Shown here piece by piece: positions 38,553 through 47,350 of a DNA stretch of 64,000 nt (the first letter of the stretch is position 1; each line of letters starts with the position of its first letter). Position numbers and translations under genes: made by a program. The notes beneath the pieces were generated by a model. It was not told the origin of the DNA. It was given only the letters and a program-made list of their open reading frames with translations, and did not search any database. The stretch is taken from assembly GCA_022447095.1 (NCBI GenBank), contig JAKUUP010000004.1:5499-69498 (forward strand). Reading direction: 5' to 3'. The stretch comes from Candidatus Thalassarchaeum betae (GTDB lineage Archaea; Thermoplasmatota; Poseidoniia; Poseidoniales; Thalassarchaeaceae).

Positions 38553-39233
38553 ATGGGAGATCCTAAGTTCGCTAGACCGAAGACCCGCACTCCGACCCAT
38601 CCTTGGAAGCAGGCTCGAATCGAAGAGGAGCATGCCTTGAAGGAGCGTTTTGGACTCAAGAAGGTCGGCGGAATGAGGGAAATCTGGCGAGAGAAGTCAG
38701 CCCTCCGCCGCCACAGGAACCAGGCGATGAAACTCATCGGCAGGGTTGATACAACCGAAGATCACTTCGCCCGTGAGAAGGAGGACATGATAGTTTCAAT
38801 GTGCCGAAAAGGGCTGCTGGCTGAGGGTGCTGGACTCGATGACGTTCTGCAAATCACAGTTGAACATATGCTCTGGAGGAGGATGCAGTCCGTAGTCTAC
38901 AACAAGGGACTGGCGCCTACGATGAGGTCTGCTAGGTCTCTGATCGTGCACGGCCACATCTCTATCGGAGAACAGCGAATGACCGTGCCCGGCTACCACG
39001 TCCTAAAGCACGAGGAGGACCTGATCCAATACTCATCCAACTCCAAGTACGCCGATCCGGAGCACAAGTTTCGCAAGGACATGGAGGAGTTGAGGCTCAC
39101 CATGATCTCTGACGAAGAGGAAGAGAAGGTCGAGCCTGTTCGTGAAGCGACCAAGGAGTTCATTGAGGAAATCAAATCTAAGGAGGCCGAGTTACCGGGC
39201 GTCGAGGATACAATTCCAAAGGAGGAGGACTGA
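38553..39233 (+). CDS. rps4: 30S ribosomal protein S4 (uS4) with an acidic C-terminal extension
   Basis: PKFARPKTRTPTHPW..., S4-domain YNKGLAPTMRSARSLIVHGHISIGEQRMTVPGYHV. Position in the conserved uS13-uS4-uS11-rpoD cluster. Confidence 0.8.
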   Translation: MGDPKFARPKTRTPTHPWKQARIEEEHALKERFGLKKVGGMREIWREKSALRRHRNQAMKLIGRVDTTEDHFAREKEDMIVSMCRKGLLAEGAGLDDVLQITVEHMLWRRMQSVVYNKGLAPTMRSARSLIVHGHISIGEQRMTVPGYHVLKHEEDLIQYSSNSKYADPEHKFRKDMEELRLTMISDEEEEKVEPVREATKEFIEEIKSKEAELPGVEDTIPKEED

Positions 39234-39613
39234 TGTCGCGCAAGGCTATCCTACATATTTTCACCACTCACAACAACGTGCTGATCACCGCCACAGACCT
39301 GACTGGTGCGGAGACCATCTGCAAAGTATCGGGTGGCATGGTGACCAAGGGCGGCAGTGACTCTGGCGGCTCGTTTGCGGCCACCAGAGCAGCCGAGAGG
39401 ATTGCAGAGATGCTCGCAGAGAAGGAATTCAACCAAGTCATCGTGAAGTATCGCGGTGCTGGGGGCAACCGCTCTCACAGCGCACCCGGCGCAACCGCCG
39501 CAATCAGAGCCCTCACACGAGCCGGAGTGCAAATAACCCGAATCGAGGACGTGACTCCGATTGCGACGGACGGGACGAAGGCTAAGGGAGGGCGCAGAGG
39601 GCGTCGAGTTTGA
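39233..39613 (+). CDS. rps11: 30S ribosomal protein S11 (uS11)
   Basis: AILHIFTTHNNVLITATDLTGAE....KYRGAGGNRSHSAPGATAAIRAL.. Confidence 0.85.
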   Translation: MSRKAILHIFTTHNNVLITATDLTGAETICKVSGGMVTKGGSDSGGSFAATRAAERIAEMLAEKEFNQVIVKYRGAGGNRSHSAPGATAAIRALTRAGVQITRIEDVTPIATDGTKAKGGRRGRRV

Positions 39614-39622
39614 GGTGAGACC

Positions 39623-40510
39623 ATGGTGAAGACAAAAGTAATCGAAGAGAACGATGAGAAAATCAGAATCCTGCTCACGGACACCGACCGAGCGTTCGTC
39701 AACTCGATTCGCCGCTCGCTGATCTCCGACACCCCGAAGATGGCGATAGATACCGTTCGCTTTGAGATGGGGACCTTTGAGATCGACGGAGAGGTATGGG
39801 AGACAGACGGGCCAATTCCCGACGAGATGATTGCTCAGAGGCTGGCCATGCTGCCCATACCGACTCGACATGACGAGTTTTACTTCCAAGACAGTTGCCC
39901 CACCTGCTCAGAGTTGGTGGTCGAGGACCGTGGTTGCCCGCTCTGCACGATGCTGTTCACATGCAAGACTTTCGGATCGGAAGAAGGGAAGATGGTCACC
40001 GCCGGTGACCTGAGTTTTCTCGGAGAGGAAGGCCTGAGCATTCTCGAGAAGTATCGACCCATACCAATCACCAAACTGTTCCGTGGACAGATGATCGAGT
40101 TCTACGCAACAGCCGTGATGGGGCGCGGCCGGGACCATGCAAAGTGGTCCCCTGTCTGCGGCATCGCGTTCACCCCCAGATACATAGGGGTCATCAATAT
40201 CAAGTCGAGAGCGAAGATTCTGTGGGACCTCGGCCTGAATATCACAGCCAAGGACTTCGGCAGCGATGGGCGACTGGAGGACATAGACAAGGTCGCACAA
40301 CTGATTGACGACCTACACCACGTCGGCGAGGGAACTGAAGAGGGTAGAGAGTTCAAGGACGCTGTCGCCCTTGAAGAGGTCCCGCGCGAGTTCATCCTTT
40401 CATTCGAGACTGATGGTTCCATGACCGCTAGAGTAGCCTTTGAGAAGGCCATCCAAGAGCTCTCCGGCCGCTTCGGGAATATTAAGGAAGACTTCGAAGC
40501 GGTTCTCTGA
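39623..40510 (+). CDS. rpoD: DNA-directed RNA polymerase subunit D (Rpo3) with Fe-S cluster cysteines
   Basis: RILLTDTDRAFVNSIRRSLISDTPKMAID, the Cys cluster CPTCSEL..CPLCTMLFTC and DHAKWSPV are typical of archaeal Rpo3. Confidence 0.85.
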   Translation: MVKTKVIEENDEKIRILLTDTDRAFVNSIRRSLISDTPKMAIDTVRFEMGTFEIDGEVWETDGPIPDEMIAQRLAMLPIPTRHDEFYFQDSCPTCSELVVEDRGCPLCTMLFTCKTFGSEEGKMVTAGDLSFLGEEGLSILEKYRPIPITKLFRGQMIEFYATAVMGRGRDHAKWSPVCGIAFTPRYIGVINIKSRAKILWDLGLNITAKDFGSDGRLEDIDKVAQLIDDLHHVGEGTEEGREFKDAVALEEVPREFILSFETDGSMTARVAFEKAIQELSGRFGNIKEDFEAVL

Positions 40511-40551
40511 GCCAGACGAGGATTCTTGGCTGGAGCACTGGATGAGTCGCC

Positions 40552-41529
40552 ATGACCGCCCTTCTCGGTCGTGGAGAGTGCGGTGGCCACATCACCCTCC
40601 TGTTCACGGTGAGTGATGGGTCTGACGACCCTATTGAGCAGGGCAGTCTCGGTGCGGGCCTCTGCGTCGAGGACGGTGTGGAGGTCGTCGCATACGGGGA
40701 GGAGGGTGGATCTAGGCTCTCCGTCAGATTCGTCGACGACCAAGCCGACTCGATGCTCTATGAAGAAGTCCTCAGGATGTTGATTGAGGAAGTACCCGAG
40801 GTCGGTGACGTCTCGTGGGATATCAATGTGAGATTGGCTCTGCCGACCTCTCAGGGCTTCGGGATGTCCGGCTCGGGAGCCATAGCCGCAGCCATGGCGT
40901 TCCAGAGAGCCATGGGCCTGCCACACGAAGAGAGCCTGAGACGCTCTTACTCACTCGCGCACCGGGTCGAGAGAGTTCGCTCGACCGGTCTCGGCGATGT
41001 GACGGCCCTTGCGGCTGGAGGGGTCGAACGCAGACTCGTTGCCGGCTCACCCTACCATGGCGCTCTGCTGGAGAACGGTCCCGGGCGAGCCGAAGGCTGG
41101 ACTAGCAACACCCCGGTCGTTCTCGCATGGCGCCCGGATGCCGGCAAACACACTTCGAAATACATCGATGATGCTCATTGGAAGGATTCTATCAGCGAGG
41201 CCGGTTCCAAGCAGATGGAACGACTCTCTCTAGGGGATTGGAATCAGAGTCGCTGGATGGGTTTGATGGATGCAGCACGCGCATTCGCAGAGGACAGTGG
41301 GCTGCTGGCAGACTCCGCGCGCATCGAGTTGCTCTCTACCGCCGACGAGGCGATTAGTGTCTGTGGTACAGCGGTGGAGGCCACTGCTCTGCTATGCATG
41401 CTGGGGGAGAGTGTAGTGATTTTGCCAATTGATCCCGAAGATGATGGAGAGGGGTTCAATACTTTGGTTTCAGAGTTGAAGAGTGCTGGACTGGAAGCTA
41501 CTCTTACTAGGGTCGGCAAGCTCTCATGA
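40552..41529 (+). CDS. GHMP-kinase-family protein (archaeal pantoate-kinase / shikimate-kinase-like)
   Basis: ALPTSQGFGMSGSGAIAAAMA matches the GHMP ATP-binding loop (PxGxGLGSSAA). About 325 aa. Confidence 0.45.
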   Translation: MTALLGRGECGGHITLLFTVSDGSDDPIEQGSLGAGLCVEDGVEVVAYGEEGGSRLSVRFVDDQADSMLYEEVLRMLIEEVPEVGDVSWDINVRLALPTSQGFGMSGSGAIAAAMAFQRAMGLPHEESLRRSYSLAHRVERVRSTGLGDVTALAAGGVERRLVAGSPYHGALLENGPGRAEGWTSNTPVVLAWRPDAGKHTSKYIDDAHWKDSISEAGSKQMERLSLGDWNQSRWMGLMDAARAFAEDSGLLADSARIELLSTADEAISVCGTAVEATALLCMLGESVVILPIDPEDDGEGFNTLVSELKSAGLEATLTRVGKLS

Positions 41530-42708
41530 GCCATTTCTGGCATTCTCGTGGAAGTCTTTCAGAGGCTTAAGATCCAACGGACTCGCGTCAAGCTGAATAG
41601 CTCCCTTGAGTTTCAGTCCGCCACAGAATCCATGGCGGTATACTATGGCACCCTGACCGTACTCAGCGACGTATCTGTCTACCTGTTTCTGGGTTTTCTT
41701 CTTGGGGAATTTGAGATCGGCACCGAAGAAATGCTTGGCATCAATCCACGCACAAGGGATGCCGTTGATCCTCACATCGTCCAGAAGGAGCAGGTCGGGC
41801 GTGATGATGGCTCTGCCCTCACTCACCTTCTGCTCTGCCAGAAGATCCTCCTGACGGCGGAACCTCACTCCGACGGAGGAGAAGTAATCGCACAGGATAA
41901 CTTCGAAGACCTCGGCGGCGTTCTGGGTCTCTGTCTGGTTCACCGAGCTCACCCTGTCTACTGACTCTGCGAGCTCGAACTGCTCCCGGTCTCGCTTGTT
42001 CAGTCTCGAGGGATTCTTGTTCAGTGTCTCCTTAATCCTGTTCTTCGTCCAACCCCTCCCAGTAAGGATGGCTCGGAAGGTATTGACAGGTGGAGCGTCA
42101 AAACGCTTGGACAGGGCGATGACGCTCTCTCCGGCGTTGTAACGCCGGCTGAGCTCGTTCGCTCGGCGCATCAGTCTGGAATGCGAGTAAACGCTCTTCT
42201 CCTGATTCAGGGCACTGCGCAGCGAAAGGGCCTGCTCGATGGTTATCGACAGGTCGTCCAGTTTTGAGGCGATCTCATGGACCCTTTCCTCAGGGAGGAA
42301 GCCGAACTCCCCTGGTAAGCATGCGATTTTTCCGGCCTTTTGTTGTACGTCCTTGGAAACAGGATTGGACCGCCACCGGAGGTCGATTCTCTTCGGAGGT
42401 GGGTCGATCTCCTTCGGGATGCCCATCGGTCGAGGTTTGGTTGAGAAGCGGGCGAGCGCGCGCTTGACCTCTTCAGATTCGGCCGCCGGATTCGTCTCCT
42501 TAGGAGGGCGTTTGCCGCTCCGGGAGCGTTGGCGGCGTCGGCGGCGCCCGCGCCGCCGTTTGCCACTCTTCTCTTCACTCAACAGCGAGCCCAGCCAAAG
42601 GGGCTCCATGAACCCACCGCGTCGGCGGAGTGTGTTATCTCCTGCTGGCATAGATGTCGTAGCACAGGTCTCTGATAGGACTAGGGAGCAGCCACAACAC
42701 AGCAGCAA
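41524..42708 (-). CDS. TPD-domain (CDIN1/C15orf41-like) PD-(D/E)xK nuclease-fold protein with an HTH region and an Arg-rich N-terminal tract
   Basis: C-terminal ITPDLLLLDD...IPCAWIDAKHFFG...GQGAIVY fits the TPD / PD-(D/E)xK (D..D.K) pattern. The central segment is HTH-like. N-terminal GKRRRGRRRRRQRSRSGKRPPK. The likely real start is the internal Met 33 codons downstream of the ORF start (about 42609). Confidence 0.45.
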   Translation of the reverse strand: MLLCCGCSLVLSETCATTSMPAGDNTLRRRGGFMEPLWLGSLLSEEKSGKRRRGRRRRRQRSRSGKRPPKETNPAAESEEVKRALARFSTKPRPMGIPKEIDPPPKRIDLRWRSNPVSKDVQQKAGKIACLPGEFGFLPEERVHEIASKLDDLSITIEQALSLRSALNQEKSVYSHSRLMRRANELSRRYNAGESVIALSKRFDAPPVNTFRAILTGRGWTKNRIKETLNKNPSRLNKRDREQFELAESVDRVSSVNQTETQNAAEVFEVILCDYFSSVGVRFRRQEDLLAEQKVSEGRAIITPDLLLLDDVRINGIPCAWIDAKHFFGADLKFPKKKTQKQVDRYVAEYGQGAIVYRHGFCGGLKLKGAIQLDASPLDLKPLKDFHENARNGS

Positions 42709-42967
42709 GGGACCATGGAAATCTCATTTTGAGTGCTATGCGCCATACTGCGGTGCTCTTCGCATACCAGTCGCCCTTCTCAGTGACGATGAATACCGAA
42801 TCCACCCCCGCCAGACCGGCTGGCCTTGAGTCCATCAGCACAAGGCCTTCCTCAGTCTGCTGACCCAGAGTCCTCAGATTGGAGCGAGGGTTGTGTTGCT
42901 CGATGAACCGCGCCCAGCGGCTGCACTTACCGCAGGTATCATCGTAAAGAACGGTGGACTGCGTCAT
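42635..42967 (-). CDS. Thiol-disulfide oxidoreductase, DCC family (DUF393)
   Basis: TVLYDDTCGKCSRWARFI is the YDGxCxxC signature of DCC proteins. About 110 aa. Confidence 0.6.
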   Translation of the reverse strand: MTQSTVLYDDTCGKCSRWARFIEQHNPRSNLRTLGQQTEEGLVLMDSRPAGLAGVDSVFIVTEKGDWYAKSTAVWRIALKMRFPWSLAAVLWLLPSPIRDLCYDIYASRR

Positions 42968-42975
42968 CGACTCAC

Positions 42976-45828
42976 CTACAGAAAAGCGATACCTGGTTCC
43001 AATGGGAAAGCAACGCGGGCCTTTCCTGCCACGTCTTCGCCCTCTCCGACCGGGTATGCATCTACCGAGTCGACTTCGAGTTCGGTGGCGAGGAAATCAG
43101 TGTTGGCATTGAGGACGGCTGCTTCGTCGAAGCCGCTGGAGATCAGTGTCCTCTCACCATCCGACCAAGTGTGAATGCGGCCTAACTTCTTCTTGCTGCC
43201 TGCGGTTAGAGCCATCCAGATTTGGAATATATCGCCTCGCAATGTCTCGTTCTCAAAGATAGGGAGTGATTGCACGTGCGCCTGTCCTTGAGTCTTGAAG
43301 TCGAAGTTTTCCAAATGAAGTTGGATCGCGTCTCGAGCGAGTTCGGCCTTCCATGCGGCTGCCGTCTGGAAGACCACTCTACTGATTTCTCCCTCTGTAT
43401 GACGTTCAGCGAGGCCACGCAGGTTGCGCGCGGTACGGATGACGGTGCGCAGGTATGCCTCTCGCGCGAGGACGGTTTTATCTCCTGATTCGTCGATATC
43501 AGGTAATACCAGTGTGGCCAGCATACCCTCTCCGCCCATCTTCTGCCAGAACTCCTCAGCGATGTGTGGGGTAGCTGGAGCGAGCATGGGTACCCAACCC
43601 CCTAGGAAAGCTCGGGCCGTGGCTCGGTCACAGCCTCCCCGACGACGGTACCAATTCCAGTCCGAGACCATCTCGAAGTGGCTCACCATCACCCCCTCAC
43701 GCAGGCTGACACCACCCATCGCCTCACGCCATGCATGCTGATTGGTTCGCAGTCTAGCGAGCAACCAATCATCCATCGGACCGGGTGATTCGTCCATGGC
43801 GAGTGCGGAATCGATGGCGTCGATGATTGTGTACATCTGCCGGTGGTTAGCCTCCAAAGCGGTATCAGACCAATCCATGCCAGCTTCAGGGTTGGCCCCA
43901 TAGAGGATGAATAGCCGGACCGTGTCAGCGCCGTAGCGCCCGATCATGTCCCCCGGGCTGACCGTGTTGCCCAGAGACTTACCCATCTTGGCGGAACGGG
44001 TTCCTAATGGCTCGCCGCAGGTCGGGCAGTCAGCGCCGAAGTTATCGACGTGGTACTCGGCATTGCAGTTGGCGCAGAAAGGGGCGGGCGCGTTGAGCAT
44101 GCCTTGGCAGACCAATGTGCCAAACGGCTCACCGACCTCGTTCATGCCGGCGTCGCGGGTCGCCTTAGTGAAGAATCGAGCGTAAAGTAGGTGCATCACG
44201 GCATGCTCGATACCGCCGATGTACAAATCCACTCCTCCACTCATCCAGTAGTCCGCCGCCTCACGTGAGAATGGGGCATTCTCGTTGGTGGCATCGCAGA
44301 AACGCATGAAGTACCATGAGGAGTCGTAGAAGGTGTCCATCGTGTCGGTCTCGCGCTTGGCAGCATTGCCGCACGAAGGGCAAGACGTGTTGACGAAGGC
44401 GTCGTGAGTTGCCAGCGGGTTTCCGCCCTGCTCCTCACTGAATGTCACATCGAGTGGTAACTCGATGGGTAAATCGGCCACAGGCACGGGCACGGTGCCG
44501 CAGGCTTCGCAGTGAATCATTGGAATAGGCGTGCCCCAAAATCGCTGGCGGCTTACTCCCCAGTCCTTGAGCCGGTACTCGATCGTCCCGTAGCCGGCAC
44601 CGGTGGCTTGGAGAGCGCCGGTGACTGTGTCCTTGGCCTCGTCGCCAGTGAGTCCGTCGAATTCGTCGCGACCGGAATTCACCATAGGGCCGTAGCCCTC
44701 GAAGGCCTCACTCAGAGGGGATGCAGGGTCGTCGCCTGCCCTCTCGATCAATACCCGCCTAATCTCAATGCCGTACCTCTCAGCGAAGTCGTAGTCTCTC
44801 TGGTCGTGGCCCGGCACAGCCATCACAGCGCCGGTTCCGTAGGAGGCGACGACGAAGTTGCCAGCGTATATCGGCACCTCCTCTCCGTTCAGGGGGTTGA
44901 CCGCGTGGCGGCCTAGGAAGACTCCTTTTTTCTCCTTCAGCATGTTGATTCGCTCGAACTCGGACATGCGCACGCACTCGTCTCGAAGCTCACGCCAATC
45001 CGCCTCCCACTCGGTTCCCGCGCACAGCTCCTCGCACAGAGGGTGCTCAGGCGAGAGTGTGACGAACGTCACCCCGAAGATGGTATCGGGCCTAGTGGTG
45101 AATGTTCCGATGCTGGCCTCGGAGCCAACTATTGGGAAATCGATGTGCGTGCCATGGGAGCGTCCTATCCAGTTACGCTGCATCGCCTTGACATTCTCGG
45201 GGAAGACGATGTTTTCGAGTTCTTCGAGTAGTTCATCGGAGTACTCGGTCATGCGCAGGAACCACTGCATCATGTCCCTCTGCACGACCTCAAGGCCGCA
45301 GCGCCAGCAGCGGTTGTTCTTGACCTGCTCGTTGGCGAGAACGGTGTCGCAGTCCACACACCAGTTGACCGGTGCCATCTTGTGTTCGACCAGCCCTTGT
45401 TCGTTGAGCATCAGAAACATTTGCTGGTTCCAGCGGTAGTAGTCGACGTCTGAGGTCGCGAAGAATCGTCGCCAGTCGTATGAGTACCCCATCCGCTCCT
45501 GGTCGGCGCGGATGCTGGAGATGTTGCGATGGGTGACCGTGTGCGGGTGCCCGCCGTCCTTCTTGGCCGCGTTTTCGGCGGGCATTCCGAACGAGTCGTA
45601 TCCCATCGGATAGAGCACGTTGCTTCCCATCAAGCGGTGGAAGCGAGCCATGGCATCGCCGATCGAGTAGTTGCGGACGTGACCCATGTGCATGCTGCCG
45701 GAGGGATAGGGGAACATCTCGAGGCAGTAGAACTTGGGCTTGGAGTGGTCGATTTCAGCTTCGAAGGCCCGGGCATCCGCCCAAGCCTTCTGCCAGCGGG
45801 TCTCTACCTCTTGCGCGTCGTATGCCAT
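42976..45828 (-). CDS. leuS: Leucine--tRNA ligase (archaeal/eukaryal type)
   Basis: 950 aa. HMGH (class-I HIGH variant) in FPYPSGSMHMGHVRNY. KMGKSLGN (KMSKS). CP1 editing-domain-sized insert. SD-like GGGAGTGAAGAA lies ahead of the ATG. Confidence 0.9.
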   Translation of the reverse strand: MAYDAQEVETRWQKAWADARAFEAEIDHSKPKFYCLEMFPYPSGSMHMGHVRNYSIGDAMARFHRLMGSNVLYPMGYDSFGMPAENAAKKDGGHPHTVTHRNISSIRADQERMGYSYDWRRFFATSDVDYYRWNQQMFLMLNEQGLVEHKMAPVNWCVDCDTVLANEQVKNNRCWRCGLEVVQRDMMQWFLRMTEYSDELLEELENIVFPENVKAMQRNWIGRSHGTHIDFPIVGSEASIGTFTTRPDTIFGVTFVTLSPEHPLCEELCAGTEWEADWRELRDECVRMSEFERINMLKEKKGVFLGRHAVNPLNGEEVPIYAGNFVVASYGTGAVMAVPGHDQRDYDFAERYGIEIRRVLIERAGDDPASPLSEAFEGYGPMVNSGRDEFDGLTGDEAKDTVTGALQATGAGYGTIEYRLKDWGVSRQRFWGTPIPMIHCEACGTVPVPVADLPIELPLDVTFSEEQGGNPLATHDAFVNTSCPSCGNAAKRETDTMDTFYDSSWYFMRFCDATNENAPFSREAADYWMSGGVDLYIGGIEHAVMHLLYARFFTKATRDAGMNEVGEPFGTLVCQGMLNAPAPFCANCNAEYHVDNFGADCPTCGEPLGTRSAKMGKSLGNTVSPGDMIGRYGADTVRLFILYGANPEAGMDWSDTALEANHRQMYTIIDAIDSALAMDESPGPMDDWLLARLRTNQHAWREAMGGVSLREGVMVSHFEMVSDWNWYRRRGGCDRATARAFLGGWVPMLAPATPHIAEEFWQKMGGEGMLATLVLPDIDESGDKTVLAREAYLRTVIRTARNLRGLAERHTEGEISRVVFQTAAAWKAELARDAIQLHLENFDFKTQGQAHVQSLPIFENETLRGDIFQIWMALTAGSKKKLGRIHTWSDGERTLISSGFDEAAVLNANTDFLATELEVDSVDAYPVGEGEDVAGKARVAFPLEPGIAFL

Positions 45829-45997
45829 TTCTTCACTCCCATCGGGCTTCGAAGGGAGCCATCAGGCTCCCCGCAGAAGCAGTAGAACGGGCGCGAGCCC
45901 GCCTAGCAGGGTATGTGAAGCGGGCTTTCGTGCCACGCCCCGCGACTCGGAGGCCACGCTTTGAAGCCTGCCCTGAGAGGGAGAGGCCGCCACACCT

Positions 45998-46777
45998 ATG
46001 CGGCGTGGTCCGGTGGGTTGGGCGATGCTAGCGGACGGGGAGTTCGATGTAACTGTCGCAGATGACGGAGTCGAGGTATGGGTCACCCAGATGGGCGACT
46101 ACATGAATATGAACACCGCATTCATCGACAGGGTTGCCGGGATAGTCGCTATCGTCGACCCGTTCGACTCCAAGCGCTGGGTCACGGCTCTTGCTGAAGA
46201 GGGGCTCTCACCCACACACCTGCTCTACACTCACACACATCGCGATCATACCGCCGGATACTCGATGATGCTCAAACTGGTCCCGGATGTCGAGGTCTGG
46301 GGGCACGAGGAGGCACGGGTGCCGAGCCTGCTCGGCCATGTCGTGTTCAAGAAGGTCGATTTCACCCATACCTGGGACAGCGAGCCGGACACCACCGTGG
46401 AGTGGTCCGCCGGATCGATCAGGCTCGGGGTCACTCACTCGCCCGGGCACGCGCCCGGCCACGTCACTTTCCACGGTCACGGAATCTACCACGCCGGGGA
46501 CTTGCTGTTCACAGCACACTCCGGGCGCGTCGACCTGCCCGGCAGCGACCCGGGTGCGCAGTGGAGGAGTGTGCTGTACGCGCGCGAACTCCTCAGGGGA
46601 TTACCTAGTAACTGGAGGCTGATCCCCGGGCACCGCTACGAGTGGGTAGACGGCTCGACGCCCGACTGGGTGAGCCTCGAGCAGGCGCTGGCGCACAACT
46701 TCTCGTTGAACTCGCCGGCGCTTGAGGCGTTCGAGCGGCTACCTTGGCAGAGTTTCGACGATGACATCGGCGAATGA
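45998..46777 (+). CDS. MBL-fold metallo-hydrolase (glyoxalase-II-like)
   Basis: YTHTHRDHTAG is the HxHxDH zinc motif, with downstream His/Asp ligands (THSPGHAPGH, HAGDLLF). Confidence 0.7.
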   Translation: MRRGPVGWAMLADGEFDVTVADDGVEVWVTQMGDYMNMNTAFIDRVAGIVAIVDPFDSKRWVTALAEEGLSPTHLLYTHTHRDHTAGYSMMLKLVPDVEVWGHEEARVPSLLGHVVFKKVDFTHTWDSEPDTTVEWSAGSIRLGVTHSPGHAPGHVTFHGHGIYHAGDLLFTAHSGRVDLPGSDPGAQWRSVLYARELLRGLPSNWRLIPGHRYEWVDGSTPDWVSLEQALAHNFSLNSPALEAFERLPWQSFDDDIGE

Positions 46778-46834
46778 GGCCGTGCCGGGACACTGTTTAT
46801 GCCCCCTCTGAGATTGAGGGTCGTATGAGAGGGT

Positions 46835-47224
46835 TTGAGCATGGCCGAGGACTTCTGCTTCGAAATCATCTTCGAAATATGTTTCTGGATTATATTGAGT
46901 ATGCTATGGGAAATAGGCATAGAAGTGCTAGTGTTCATGGGGATGTCGCGTTCGGGGGCTGAAGGTTGTTTATTCGTATTCGCTTTGGGCTTTGTTCTCT
47001 TGTTCGTAGTCGCCACGGCACGTAGGAGGAAGCTTCTCGGTAAAGCGGTCGTCTTGGATACAGATGAGGACGGGTACGTATCCGAAGAAGAGTGGGCTGC
47101 TGCAGGGCAGGACATGGATGAGGATACAGACGAAGAAGAAGCGAGTGCCTCCTCATCAGAGGATGATTCCCAGAAGTCAGAGAAAGGTGGTGACTGGTGG
47201 GAGGAAGGAGGCGAGAAGAAGTGA
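46835..47224 (+). CDS. Small membrane protein with a canonical EF-hand-like loop and an acidic Ser/Asp/Glu tail
   Basis: Two hydrophobic helices, then DTDEDGYVSEEE, which fits the DxDxDGxIxxxE EF-hand loop. Confidence 0.35.
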   Translation: MSMAEDFCFEIIFEICFWIILSMLWEIGIEVLVFMGMSRSGAEGCLFVFALGFVLLFVVATARRRKLLGKAVVLDTDEDGYVSEEEWAAAGQDMDEDTDEEEASASSSEDDSQKSEKGGDWWEEGGEKK

Positions 47225-47304
47225 GCCTATTCGCTCACACATCTTATTCGCGGGCGCAGGAGAGGAAGTAGGAACCGATATTATAGCCGGTCCTGTCGGC
47301 CGAA

Positions 47305-47321
47305 CCCCTACAGGGTAGGGG
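47305..47321. promoter_or_regulatory. Perfect hairpin CCCCTAC-agg-GTAGGGG between the korA TATA-like box and the start codon
   Basis: 7-bp stem with a 3-nt loop, about 20 nt downstream of the TATA-like box and 30 nt upstream of the GTG start. Confidence 0.35.
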
Positions 47322-47350
47322 TCACAGCAACGTGAACAGGCGCTTGATGG

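Noticed and set aside
40102-40926. 274-aa minus-strand ORF
   Set aside because: Spans the rpoD and GHMP-kinase genes antisense.
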